A stretch of DNA of 64,000 nt from an uncultured Ruthenibacterium sp. (GCA_944386565.1 CALXBO010000006.1:113-64112), one strand, 5' to 3'; shown: positions 10,720 through 19,349, numbered from the stretch's first letter. The notes: generated from the sequence alone by a model not told the origin. Numbers and translations: made by a program.

Positions 10720-10787
10720 GGCATACCATTGATCAGACAAGCCGGTAGGACCGGCACGCATTGAGATTCGATTGAGGGGCAAATAAA

Positions 10788-12008
10788 GTGTCTAGAAAGA
10801 AAAATCGAAAAAAGAAAGAGACTGTGACGCCTGTTCCGGACAGAGCCCGGCAGGAGAAACAGGAGACAGAATTGCCTTTGCCGCAGGAGCTGCCGGCGGA
10901 ACCGGCTGCGGAAGAAACGCCGCTGCCGGATGCAGGGGAAAGTGCCGGTCCGGGAACGGCGCCGGCGGAACAGGCAGAACAGAACGCACAGACGGAAGAA
11001 GGCCTGAAAGAGGTTTCCGCGCGGGAAGTTCAGGACACCTCCGGCGGCTCTTCGGAAGAGCTGCTCCCGGATCTTCCTGCAGAGCCGACGGTTCTCGCCC
11101 GTGCGGCAGAACCCGGCGAAGCTGCCGCCGTGCGGCCCAAACGCCGCAGAAACGTGGGGTTCTGGTCGTTCCTGGCATTTACGGCGGTGTTTGCGGCGGC
11201 GTCCGCGGTTTTTATCCTGCTTCTGTTTAATTTCTCAGGCTCCACGCTGTTCAAGTCGCCGGCCGATGTGGAACTGCCGAACTTCTTCGGCATGGAGCTG
11301 AGCGAGGTTCAGGAAAACCCGGAATACAGCTCCTTTGAATTCGTCATCGAAGAACAGTTCAATACCGAGTACGACGAGGGAATCATTTTTGCACAGTCGC
11401 CCAAGGCGCCCAAACTCGTCAAAGAAAATGCAACGATCACGCTTCGCGTCTCGAAAGGCATCCAGAGAGTAGAGGTCCCGTCCGTGGAAGGAATGGACAG
11501 CGAGTCCGCAAAGGATCTTCTTGAGGAGAGCGGGCTTTCCGTCGTGACACGGTACGTGCAGGACGAAGACGTCGAGGACGGCTACGCGATCCGCACCGAT
11601 CCGGAAGAGGGAGAGAACACTCTGGGCGGAAATACGGTGACGCTGTACGTCTCCCGTGAAGACAATTACGAGCGGGTGAGCGTTCCGAACTGTGTGGGAA
11701 AGAGCGAATCAGAGGCCAAGAAGACTCTGAAAGCCAAAGGATTCTCGGTCTCCGTGATTGAGAAAGAAAGCTCGAAAACACCGGGAACCGTCATTTCCAT
11801 GTCTCCGAGCGGCACGGCGATCGCCGGAAGCACGATCACCATTACGGTTTCGAAAGGCTCGCAGGAATACAACGGCGGCGACCATATGCACGATCTTGAA
11901 GTCGTGCAGGTGATACCGCCCTCCTCGACCGGCTACGGCTACACACTCTACCGGTGCAGCATCTGCGGTCTGGAGACGACGGGCAATCAGGTCCCGCCAA
12001 CAGGTTGA
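10788..12008 (+). CDS. Kinase-less PASTA-domain membrane protein (PrkC ectodomain paralog)
   Basis: 406 aa with a GTG start. It has a low-complexity E/P/A-rich N-terminus, one TM (VGFWSFLAFTAVFAAASAVFILLLF), three PASTA repeats and a C-terminal HMH...YRCSICG module. Confidence 0.8.
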   Translation: MSRKKNRKKKETVTPVPDRARQEKQETELPLPQELPAEPAAEETPLPDAGESAGPGTAPAEQAEQNAQTEEGLKEVSAREVQDTSGGSSEELLPDLPAEPTVLARAAEPGEAAAVRPKRRRNVGFWSFLAFTAVFAAASAVFILLLFNFSGSTLFKSPADVELPNFFGMELSEVQENPEYSSFEFVIEEQFNTEYDEGIIFAQSPKAPKLVKENATITLRVSKGIQRVEVPSVEGMDSESAKDLLEESGLSVVTRYVQDEDVEDGYAIRTDPEEGENTLGGNTVTLYVSREDNYERVSVPNCVGKSESEAKKTLKAKGFSVSVIEKESSKTPGTVISMSPSGTAIAGSTITITVSKGSQEYNGGDHMHDLEVVQVIPPSSTGYGYTLYRCSICGLETTGNQVPPTG

Positions 12009-12889
12009 TGGATATGGAGCAGACAAATTATATTGTGAAGGGCGTCGGCGGCTTTTACTACGTAAAAACCGCCGACGGCGTTTTGGAATGCCGCGCCAAA
12101 GGCATTTTCCGTAAAAAGAAGATCACTCCGGTCGCGGGCGACCGCGTCCGCGTGGAGACGGAGGGCGGCAGCCCGGTCGTCGCGGAGATTCTGCCGCGCA
12201 AGAACGTATTCGTCCGCCCGCCGATCGCCAACGTGGACAACTTCTTTATCGTCGTCAGCACGGTGGAGCCTGTGCCGAGCACGCTCGTTACGGACAAGCT
12301 CTCCGCCATTGCGGTCGACAAGGATGCGCAGCCGGTCATCGTGATCACAAAGAACGATCTGCACAGCGGGGACGAGTTCGCCGCGCTGTATGCGCAGAGC
12401 GGGATTCCCGTCATCCGCGTCAACGCGGCGACCGGGGAGGGGCTCGACGAGATCCGCGCGCGCCTGGCCGGTTCGCTGAGCGTGTTCAGCGGAAACTCGG
12501 GCGTCGGAAAATCGACGCTTCTCAGTGCGCTGTCGCCGGATCTGAACCTTGAGACGGGCGAGATCAGCCGAAAGCTCGGCCGCGGCCGGCACACGACGCG
12601 CGACGTCACCCTGTTTGAGGTGTGCGGCGGCCTTGTGGCGGACACGCCGGGGTTTGCAAGCCTCGACATGGCGAGCGCGGGCGTGATTGACAAAGAGAAT
12701 CTGCAGTTTGCGTTCCCGGAGATTGCACGGTACTTCGGTCAGTGCCGCTTTACGGGGTGCTCGCACATCGCGGAGACGGGCTGTGCGGTCAAAGCGGCGC
12801 TGGAGCGCGGCGAGATCGGCCGCTCCCGGTACGAGAGCTACACGGCGCTGTACAACGAGGCAAAGGAATGGAAGCAATGGGAACGGTGA
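12008..12889 (+). CDS. rsgA: Ribosome small-subunit biogenesis GTPase RsgA (CpgA/YloQ)
   Basis: OB fold plus a circularly permuted GTPase (ITKNDL, GNSGVGKSTL, DTPGF) and a zinc motif (CRFTGCSHIAETGC). ATG 12008 overlaps the upstream stop. Confidence 0.9.
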   Translation: MDMEQTNYIVKGVGGFYYVKTADGVLECRAKGIFRKKKITPVAGDRVRVETEGGSPVVAEILPRKNVFVRPPIANVDNFFIVVSTVEPVPSTLVTDKLSAIAVDKDAQPVIVITKNDLHSGDEFAALYAQSGIPVIRVNAATGEGLDEIRARLAGSLSVFSGNSGVGKSTLLSALSPDLNLETGEISRKLGRGRHTTRDVTLFEVCGGLVADTPGFASLDMASAGVIDKENLQFAFPEIARYFGQCRFTGCSHIAETGCAVKAALERGEIGRSRYESYTALYNEAKEWKQWER

Positions 12890-13506
12890 ACTGCTGCGCA
12901 GTGTTCGGCGCGCGCCCCGTATCGGAGGCGATGCGTCCGTATTTTGAAGACGCAGACTGCATCATCGCGGCAGACGGCGGTTTTCTCAGTCTGGAGAAGC
13001 TGGGCGTCCGCCCGGACATCTGCCTTGGCGACTACGACAGCGCCCCGATGCCGCAGCGCGACGATCTCATCGTCCTGCCGCGCCAGAAGGACGACACCGA
13101 TATGCACTATGCGGCCCGGCGCATTCTCAAGCTGGGCGCGCGGCGCGCGGTGCTGCTCGGCGGTATGGGCGGCAGGCTTGATCACACGCTCGCCAATTTT
13201 GCCACGCTTGTGTTTCTGACGGAGAACGGTGTGGACGCGTTGCTGGCCGACGAGACATGTGAAGTGCGCGTGCTTCTGCAGGGCGTTCACCGCGTCCCGC
13301 GCAGAGAGGGGTGCTATCTCTCGCTGTTCCCGGTCGGAACGAGCGCGCGTGTGACGCTGCGGAATGTGTTTTACACACTCGAGAGCGAGGTGCTGAGCGC
13401 CGGATTTCCGCTCGGCGTGAGCAACGAATTTCTGGACGGAGATGCCGAAATCCGCGTGGAAGAGGGCTCCGTTTATATGCTGATCTGCAAAAAGGAACCC
13501 TTTTGA
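12877..13506 (+). CDS. thiN: Thiamine diphosphokinase
   Basis: About 209 aa with IAADGG, GDYDS, KDDTD and GGMGGRLDH motifs. The start is ATG 12877 (or 12868), overlapping the rsgA end. Confidence 0.8.
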   Translation: MGTVNCCAVFGARPVSEAMRPYFEDADCIIAADGGFLSLEKLGVRPDICLGDYDSAPMPQRDDLIVLPRQKDDTDMHYAARRILKLGARRAVLLGGMGGRLDHTLANFATLVFLTENGVDALLADETCEVRVLLQGVHRVPRREGCYLSLFPVGTSARVTLRNVFYTLESEVLSAGFPLGVSNEFLDGDAEIRVEEGSVYMLICKKEPF

Positions 13507-13555
13507 CGCGTCTTGCATACGCTGTATCAAAACACAGCGAAAGCGAGGGCGAGTG

Positions 13556-13627
13556 ATGCAGATCGTAACCGTGAAGTGCCCCAAATGGCTCGCGGGAATC
13601 GTGCGGGCCGTGTTCGGAGTCAAATAA
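13556..13627 (+). CDS. spoVM: SpoVM-like 23-aa sporulation peptide
   Basis: Read directly from the sequence: ATG..TAA encodes MQIVTVKCPKWLAGIVRAVFGVK, compared with B. subtilis SpoVM MKFYTIKLPKFLGGIVRAMLGSFRKD. A GAGGG RBS lies upstream and a strong terminator follows. Its position after thiN is syntenic with B. subtilis. Confidence 0.7.
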   Translation: MQIVTVKCPKWLAGIVRAVFGVK

Positions 13628-13632
13628 GAGAC

Positions 13633-13664
13633 AAAAAGCCGCTTCGAAAACGAAGCGGCTTTTT
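13633..13664 (+). terminator. Rho-independent terminator after spoVM
   Basis: AGCCGCTTCG-aaaa-CGAAGCGGCT followed by TTTTT, with an A-run upstream (possibly bidirectional). Confidence 0.8.
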
Positions 13665-13665
13665 G

Positions 13666-13692
13666 CATATTGTCCTCTTTTCGCGCATAGAG
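13666..13692 (+). promoter_or_regulatory. Candidate sigma-E-type (mother-cell) promoter
   Basis: GCATATT-N13-CATAGAGAT lies about 35 nt upstream of the 13728 start and resembles the ATATT / CATACA-T sigma-E consensus as recalled from B. subtilis. Confidence 0.3.
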
Positions 13693-13727
13693 ATGGGACA
13701 AAAGGGCGAAAGGGGCGAACAGGCCGA

Positions 13728-15233
13728 ATGGAATGGAAGACATATAAGGACAGCGCCGCCGCAGCGGCGGCCGTCTGTGATGTAAAAAGCGAATTGCCGG
13801 TCGAGACGGAGATTCTCATCCCGGATTATCTGCCGCCGGTGTTCAAAGTGGTGAAGTGTTTTGCCGATCTTGTGGTGGTGCAGGCGGTCACGACAGCCGC
13901 CCGCCTGACGGCGGAGGGGTATCTGCGCGTCAGTCTGTGGTATCAGACCGAGGACGGCCAGCTGTGCACGGCGGAGACGAAGATGCCGTTTTCCCGTCAG
14001 GCGGAGCTTCCCGCGGAGGGCGTGCTGCATCCGGACGCTGTTGTCACCGGCGAGACGGAGTACATCAACTGCCGCGCCGTCAACGAGCGGCGCCTTGAAG
14101 TGCGCGGCGCGTTTGCCGTGTACATCACGGTGTACGCCGAGGAGGAGACGGAAGTCATCACCGCGCTGGAGGGCGACGGCGTTTACCGGCGCAGTGCCGA
14201 AATCAGCTGCGAGCGGTGTGCCGCCGTGAGCGAGAAGCTCATCACGGCGGAGGAAGACGTGACGTTCGACATTCCGCCGGAAGCCGTTCTGAGCATCGAC
14301 TGCGCGGGCATGGTGGAGGAAGCAAAACTGCTGAGCGGAAAGGCCGTCCTGAAAGGAACGGTATACGCGCGCATCACCTACCGCGGCGCGGACAGCGGCG
14401 CGCTGCTCAGCGCCGAGAAATCCGTGCCGTTCCGCGAGATTCTCGATGCGCCGGGAGCGGATGAGAGCTGCTCGTGCTTTGCCGTGGCGCAGCCGTCGGG
14501 CGCGTCCCTCGCTGCAGCCGCAGACGAGAGCAGCTACACGCTCTCCGTGACGGCGTCGCTGAAAGCGCGCGTCTACCGCCCGGTGCAGCTGACGTGCGTG
14601 ACGGACGCCTTTTGTACCACGCACGAGATGGAGCTGACGAGCCGCGAGGTGACATTCGAAGAGCCGGAGGATATGTTCGTGCGCCAGACCGAGGCGGTCG
14701 CGTCCGGCAAACTGCCCGACGCATCGGTGAAGATCGTGGGGGCGTTTGCACAGGCGCTCGTGCCGGAACTCGCCGAGACGGAGACGGGCAGCTGCCTGCG
14801 CGGGCGGTGTCTGGTCCATATCCTGTGCCGCAATGAGCGCGGTGAAATCGACTGCCTCGACAAGGCGTGCGAGTACACGCTGCCGCTGTCCGCGGCCGGA
14901 GAGACGCAGCGGAGCGTGCGCGCATGGGCGTGCGTGCGGAGCGTCAGCGCGCGGAAAGCGGGCGATGAGGCGTCGGCGGCCGTGCTGGTGGAGGTCAGCG
15001 CACGCGTGGCGCGCCGCCGCCGGATGCAGGTGCTGACGCAGGCGGCGCAGGGCGAAGAACTCCGGCGCCGGACGGATGCTGCCGTGGTCGTCTGTTATGC
15101 CGACAAGGGCGAGGACGTGTTTGACGTGGCGAAGCATTATGCGTCGTCGCCGGAGGCGATTGCTGCCGCCAATGACGTGGGAGAGGGTGTTCTGGACGCA
15201 CCCGCCCGCCTGCTGATTCCGCCGCAGGCGTAA
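13728..15233 (+). CDS. SipL/SpoVID-like spore morphogenetic protein (DUF3794/SPOCS repeats plus C-terminal LysM)
   Basis: 501 aa. The N-terminal IPDYLPPVFKVV motif is typical of DUF3794, and the C-terminal LysM-like segment is VVVCYADKGEDVFDVAKHYASSPEAIAAANDV...LLIP. It sits immediately upstream of spoIVA. Confidence 0.7.
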   Translation: MEWKTYKDSAAAAAAVCDVKSELPVETEILIPDYLPPVFKVVKCFADLVVVQAVTTAARLTAEGYLRVSLWYQTEDGQLCTAETKMPFSRQAELPAEGVLHPDAVVTGETEYINCRAVNERRLEVRGAFAVYITVYAEEETEVITALEGDGVYRRSAEISCERCAAVSEKLITAEEDVTFDIPPEAVLSIDCAGMVEEAKLLSGKAVLKGTVYARITYRGADSGALLSAEKSVPFREILDAPGADESCSCFAVAQPSGASLAAAADESSYTLSVTASLKARVYRPVQLTCVTDAFCTTHEMELTSREVTFEEPEDMFVRQTEAVASGKLPDASVKIVGAFAQALVPELAETETGSCLRGRCLVHILCRNERGEIDCLDKACEYTLPLSAAGETQRSVRAWACVRSVSARKAGDEASAAVLVEVSARVARRRRMQVLTQAAQGEELRRRTDAAVVVCYADKGEDVFDVAKHYASSPEAIAAANDVGEGVLDAPARLLIPPQA

Positions 15234-15252
15234 CGGAAAGGGGAGAGAGGAT

Positions 15253-16725
15253 ATGGATACCAAAAGCATTTACAGAGATATTGCGGCGCGCACGGGCGGC
15301 GACATTTACATCGGCGTCGTCGGGCCGGTGCGGACGGGAAAGAGCACATTCATCAAGCAGTTCATGGAAAAACTGGTCCTGCCGGAGATCGACAATCCCT
15401 CTTTTTCCGAGCGTGCCCGCGACGAGCTGCCCCAGTCGGCAGCCGGACGCACGATCATGACGACGGAGCCCAAATTTGTCCCGGAGAAAGCCGTTCCCAT
15501 CGAGATCGAAGAGGGTGTGTCTCTGCGCGCCCGCCTCATCGACTGTGTCGGTTATATGGTGCGTGGGGCAATGGGCCACGCGGAAGGCGACAAGCCGCGT
15601 ATGGTCAAGAGCCCGTGGTTTGAAGAGGAGGTCCCCTTTGACGTTGCCGCCGAGACCGGAACGCGCAAGGTGATCTGTGAGCATTCCACAATCGGCCTCG
15701 TTGTCACAACCGACGGATCGATCGGAGACATCCCGCGCGCGGAATACGAGCAGGCGGAGCGCCGCGTCATCAATGAGCTTGAGCAGCTCGGCAAGCCGTT
15801 CGTTGTGCTTCTCAACTGCGTCATGCCGGAATCCGCGGAGAGCGTGGCGCTGGCGCGCAAACTGTCCGAGACGTACGGGCGCGCGGTGCTGCCGGTCTCC
15901 TGCATCGACATGACGCGCGAGACGATCGCCGGCATCCTCCGGACGGTTCTGTTTGAATTCCCGATCCGTGAACTGCGCGTCGGCGTGCCCGGTTGGATGA
16001 CGGCGCTGGAGGAGACCCACTGGCTCAAGCAGTCGCTGTACGGCGCGGTGCGCGCCTTTGCGGAGAGCGTGTCGCGCATGAAGGACATCGCGCGCGACGC
16101 CTCCATCGGCTGGGAGTATGCGGAGTCGGGTTCGGCGGAACGGCTTGATCTCGGCACGGGTACGGTGTACTTGCGTACCGAGCCGGGCAAGGAGCTGTTC
16201 TACCGCGTCCTCGGAGAGGCCGCGGGCCTTGAGATCTCCGGTGAAGCCGATCTGATGCCGTGTGTGGTCGAGCTCGCTGCGATCCGGGCCAAGTACGAAA
16301 AGCTCCGCAGTGCGCTGGAACAGGTCGAGGCGACGGGATACGGCGTGGTCATGCCGTCGATCGATGAGCTGCACCTCGAGGAGCCCGAACTGATGCAGCA
16401 GAGCGGTCGGTACGGCGTGCGGCTGCGTGCGAGCGCTCCGGCGCTCAACATCATCCGGACAGAGATTCACACGGAGGTCAGTCCCATTGTGGGCACGGAG
16501 CGCCAGTCCGAGGATCTTGTGAAGAGCCTGCTGGAAGGATTTGAGGAAGATCCCACCGAGATCTGGCAGTCGAACATCTTCGGGAAATCGCTCCACGAGC
16601 TCGTAAACGAAGGGCTTCAGGCCAAGCTCCTCAACATTCCGCCCGCGGCCCGTGCGCGGCTCGGAGAGACGCTTGAGCGCGTGATCAACGAGGGCTGCTC
16701 CGGCCTCATCTGCATCATTCTGTGA
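15253..16725 (+). CDS. spoIVA: Stage IV sporulation protein A (coat basement-layer ATPase)
   Basis: 490 aa with IYRDIAARTGGDIYIGVVGPVRTGKSTFIK (Walker A) and a length and C-terminus typical of SpoIVA. Confidence 0.92.
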   Translation: MDTKSIYRDIAARTGGDIYIGVVGPVRTGKSTFIKQFMEKLVLPEIDNPSFSERARDELPQSAAGRTIMTTEPKFVPEKAVPIEIEEGVSLRARLIDCVGYMVRGAMGHAEGDKPRMVKSPWFEEEVPFDVAAETGTRKVICEHSTIGLVVTTDGSIGDIPRAEYEQAERRVINELEQLGKPFVVLLNCVMPESAESVALARKLSETYGRAVLPVSCIDMTRETIAGILRTVLFEFPIRELRVGVPGWMTALEETHWLKQSLYGAVRAFAESVSRMKDIARDASIGWEYAESGSAERLDLGTGTVYLRTEPGKELFYRVLGEAAGLEISGEADLMPCVVELAAIRAKYEKLRSALEQVEATGYGVVMPSIDELHLEEPELMQQSGRYGVRLRASAPALNIIRTEIHTEVSPIVGTERQSEDLVKSLLEGFEEDPTEIWQSNIFGKSLHELVNEGLQAKLLNIPPAARARLGETLERVINEGCSGLICIIL

Positions 16726-16729
16726 GAAA

Positions 16730-16772
16730 GCGGGACAAATCCGTCACAATGACGGATTTGTCCCGCTTTTTT
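16730..16772 (+). terminator. Rho-independent terminator after spoIVA
   Basis: A 17-bp stem, GCGGGACAAATCCGTCA-caa-TGACGGATTTGTCCCGC, followed by TTTTTT. Confidence 0.9.
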
Positions 16773-16859
16773 ATTTGCCAAAGCGCGCATTTTGTAGTAA
16801 AATGACTTAGGACTATGAAATTTACATATGCGCCCGGCTGTGTGCGCATACTTTGAAAT

Positions 16860-18731
16860 ATGGTGATCGAATTGTCAAGCTTTGTCTCTGAATTTGCACA
16901 GCGGTTCCGCAAGCAGATTCTGATCGTATTCGACGTGGTGGCCATCACGTTTTCCTATATCCTGCCGTGGATCCTGATTTCCGGGCGCACGTCGTTTACC
17001 GAACACAACAGCCTGCTCATTGCCAGCTGTTTTTATTTTGTCTGCTGCTACGAAATCGTGTACGGCCTGATGGGCATGTACGACAGCCTGTGGCGCTATG
17101 CGGAGATTGTCGAGTTCTTCCGGCTCTGTGTGGCGTCGATTGTCTCGGTGACGATTTTCACGGTGACGACGCTGCTGATGTTCACCGAACGGCGCGTCCC
17201 GATCTCCATCTACGGCCTCAGTGCGATGTTCGCGTCGCTCTTCACGCTGTATTCGCGTCTGACCTACCGCATGTACCGCAACACCAAGCTGGCGAAGAAT
17301 CCGAAGCCGCGCCGCCGCGTGCTGCTGATCGGCGCGGGCGACGCCGCCTCTACGCTGCTGCATGAGGTGTTCAAGAGCCGTTCGCAGGAGATGAATATTG
17401 TCTGCTGCGTGGATGACGCCCCCGAAAAGGTGGGGCGCTCGATCATGGGCGTCGAGATTATGGGCACGACGGAGGATATTCCCGAACTGGTGGAGCGCTG
17501 CGAGATCGAGACGATTCTGCTGGCAATCCCCACGCTTGACGATGAGAACAAAAAGCGCATCCTCAGCATCTGCAATAAAACCAAGTGCAACCTGCGCATC
17601 CTGCCGGACATCGTGAAGCTCATCGCGGACGGCAAGGATCTTCTTTCCCGCGTGCGCGACGTGCGCGTGGAAGACGTGCTCGGCCGCGACGAGATCGAGC
17701 TGACGAACTTCTCCTCCACGCTTGTGAACGGCAAGGTTGTTATGGTCACGGGCGGCGGCGGCTCCATCGGTTCCGAACTGTGCCGGCAGATCATCGCGTG
17801 CAGCCCGAAGCTGCTCGTCATCGTCGACATCTACGAGAACAACGCCTATTCCATCCAGCAGGAGCTGATCCGCAAATACGGCCGCGACGTTCCGCTGGAG
17901 GTGTGCATCGCCTCGGTGCGCGATTCGAAAAAGGTGGACGCGCTGTTTGCGCACTACCGCCCGCAGGTGGTGTTCCATGCGGCGGCGCACAAACATGTGC
18001 CTCTGATGGAGGACGCGCCGGAGGAGGCCGTCAAGAACAACGTCTTCGGCACGTACAACGTCACGCTCTCGGCGGACAAGTACGGCACGGAGCGCTTCGT
18101 GCTGATCTCCACGGACAAGGCCGTCAACCCGACGAACGTCATGGGTGCGACGAAGCGTCTGTGCGAGATGATCGTGCAGGCGTTCGGCCAGAAATCCAAG
18201 ACGAAATTTGTGGCGGTGCGCTTCGGCAATGTCCTCGGTTCGAACGGTTCGGTCATTCCGCTGTTCAAGGATCAGATTTTGTCGGGCGGCCCCGTCACAG
18301 TGACGCATCCGGACATTGTGCGCTATTTCATGACGATTCCGGAGGCTGTGCGCCTTGTCATCGAGGCGGCAGCCATGGGCGACGGCGGCGATATCTTCGT
18401 GCTCGACATGGGCAACCCGGTCAAGATCCTTGACCTCGCCGAGAACCTCATCAAGCTGTCCGGCTTCATCCCGTACCGGGATATCGAGATCAAGTTCACC
18501 GGACTGCGCCCCGGCGAGAAGCTCTACGAGGAGATCCTGATGGACGAGGAAGGCCTGCGCCAGACCGACAACAGTAAGATCTTCATCGGCTCGCCGCTGA
18601 AAATCAACAAAGACACGTTCTTTGACCACCTCGCCACGCTCAAGCAGATCGCGTATTCCAACAACAGCGAGAATCTGGTGCAGGCACTGATCGACCTCGT
18701 GCCGACATTCCACCATCAGGAACACCGCTGA
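16860..18731 (+). CDS. Membrane-anchored CapD/PglF-like NDP-sugar 4,6-dehydratase (polysaccharide biosynthesis protein)
   Basis: 623 aa with N-terminal TM helices, two Rossmann motifs (LIGAGDAAS; VTGGGGSIGSEL) and a YGATKRLCE catalytic motif. Confidence 0.85.
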   Translation: MVIELSSFVSEFAQRFRKQILIVFDVVAITFSYILPWILISGRTSFTEHNSLLIASCFYFVCCYEIVYGLMGMYDSLWRYAEIVEFFRLCVASIVSVTIFTVTTLLMFTERRVPISIYGLSAMFASLFTLYSRLTYRMYRNTKLAKNPKPRRRVLLIGAGDAASTLLHEVFKSRSQEMNIVCCVDDAPEKVGRSIMGVEIMGTTEDIPELVERCEIETILLAIPTLDDENKKRILSICNKTKCNLRILPDIVKLIADGKDLLSRVRDVRVEDVLGRDEIELTNFSSTLVNGKVVMVTGGGGSIGSELCRQIIACSPKLLVIVDIYENNAYSIQQELIRKYGRDVPLEVCIASVRDSKKVDALFAHYRPQVVFHAAAHKHVPLMEDAPEEAVKNNVFGTYNVTLSADKYGTERFVLISTDKAVNPTNVMGATKRLCEMIVQAFGQKSKTKFVAVRFGNVLGSNGSVIPLFKDQILSGGPVTVTHPDIVRYFMTIPEAVRLVIEAAAMGDGGDIFVLDMGNPVKILDLAENLIKLSGFIPYRDIEIKFTGLRPGEKLYEEILMDEEGLRQTDNSKIFIGSPLKINKDTFFDHLATLKQIAYSNNSENLVQALIDLVPTFHHQEHR

Positions 18732-18752
18732 CCGACAAAAGGGGAGTTGTGC

Positions 18753-19349
18753 ATGTACCGCAAGTGCTTCAAACGCATTCTGGATTTCTGCCTTGCGCTC
18801 GGGAGCATCGTTGTGTTTTCGCCGATCCTTCTGGTCCTCGCGATCTGGGTGAAATGTGACTCAAAGGGTCCTGTGCTCTTCCGTCAGAAGCGCGTCGGCA
18901 AGGATAAGACGTATTTCAACATCCTGAAATTCCGCACGATGTACGCGGACACACCGAAGGATGTCCCCACCCATCTTCTCCAGAATCCCGAGGCGATGAT
19001 TACGCGCAGCGGGCGCTTTCTGCGCAAGACGAGCCTGGACGAGCTGCCGCAGCTGTTCAACATACTCGTCGGGCAGATGAGTGTCGTCGGGCCGCGCCCG
19101 GCGCTGTGGAATCAGGACGACCTGATCGCTGAGCGCGACAAGTACGGTGCGAACGCGCTTGTCCCCGGCCTGACGGGATATGCGCAGGCACACGGGCGCG
19201 ATGAGCTGCCCATCCCGGTGAAGGCGGAGCTGGACGGGTACTATGCGGCGCACATCAGTTTTGCGCTGGATGTGAAGATCGTCTGGGATACGTTCTTCGG
19301 TGTCATCCGCGGCGACGGCGTTGTCGAGGGCGGAACCCACGGAAAATAA
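18753..19349 (+). CDS. Undecaprenyl-phosphate sugar phosphotransferase (PglC/WbaP C-terminal family)
   Basis: About 198 aa with one re-entrant TM, KFRTM, DELPQL and VGPRP motifs. ATG 18753 has an AGGGGAG RBS; TTG 18747 is an alternative start. Confidence 0.85.
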   Translation: MYRKCFKRILDFCLALGSIVVFSPILLVLAIWVKCDSKGPVLFRQKRVGKDKTYFNILKFRTMYADTPKDVPTHLLQNPEAMITRSGRFLRKTSLDELPQLFNILVGQMSVVGPRPALWNQDDLIAERDKYGANALVPGLTGYAQAHGRDELPIPVKAELDGYYAAHISFALDVKIVWDTFFGVIRGDGVVEGGTHGK

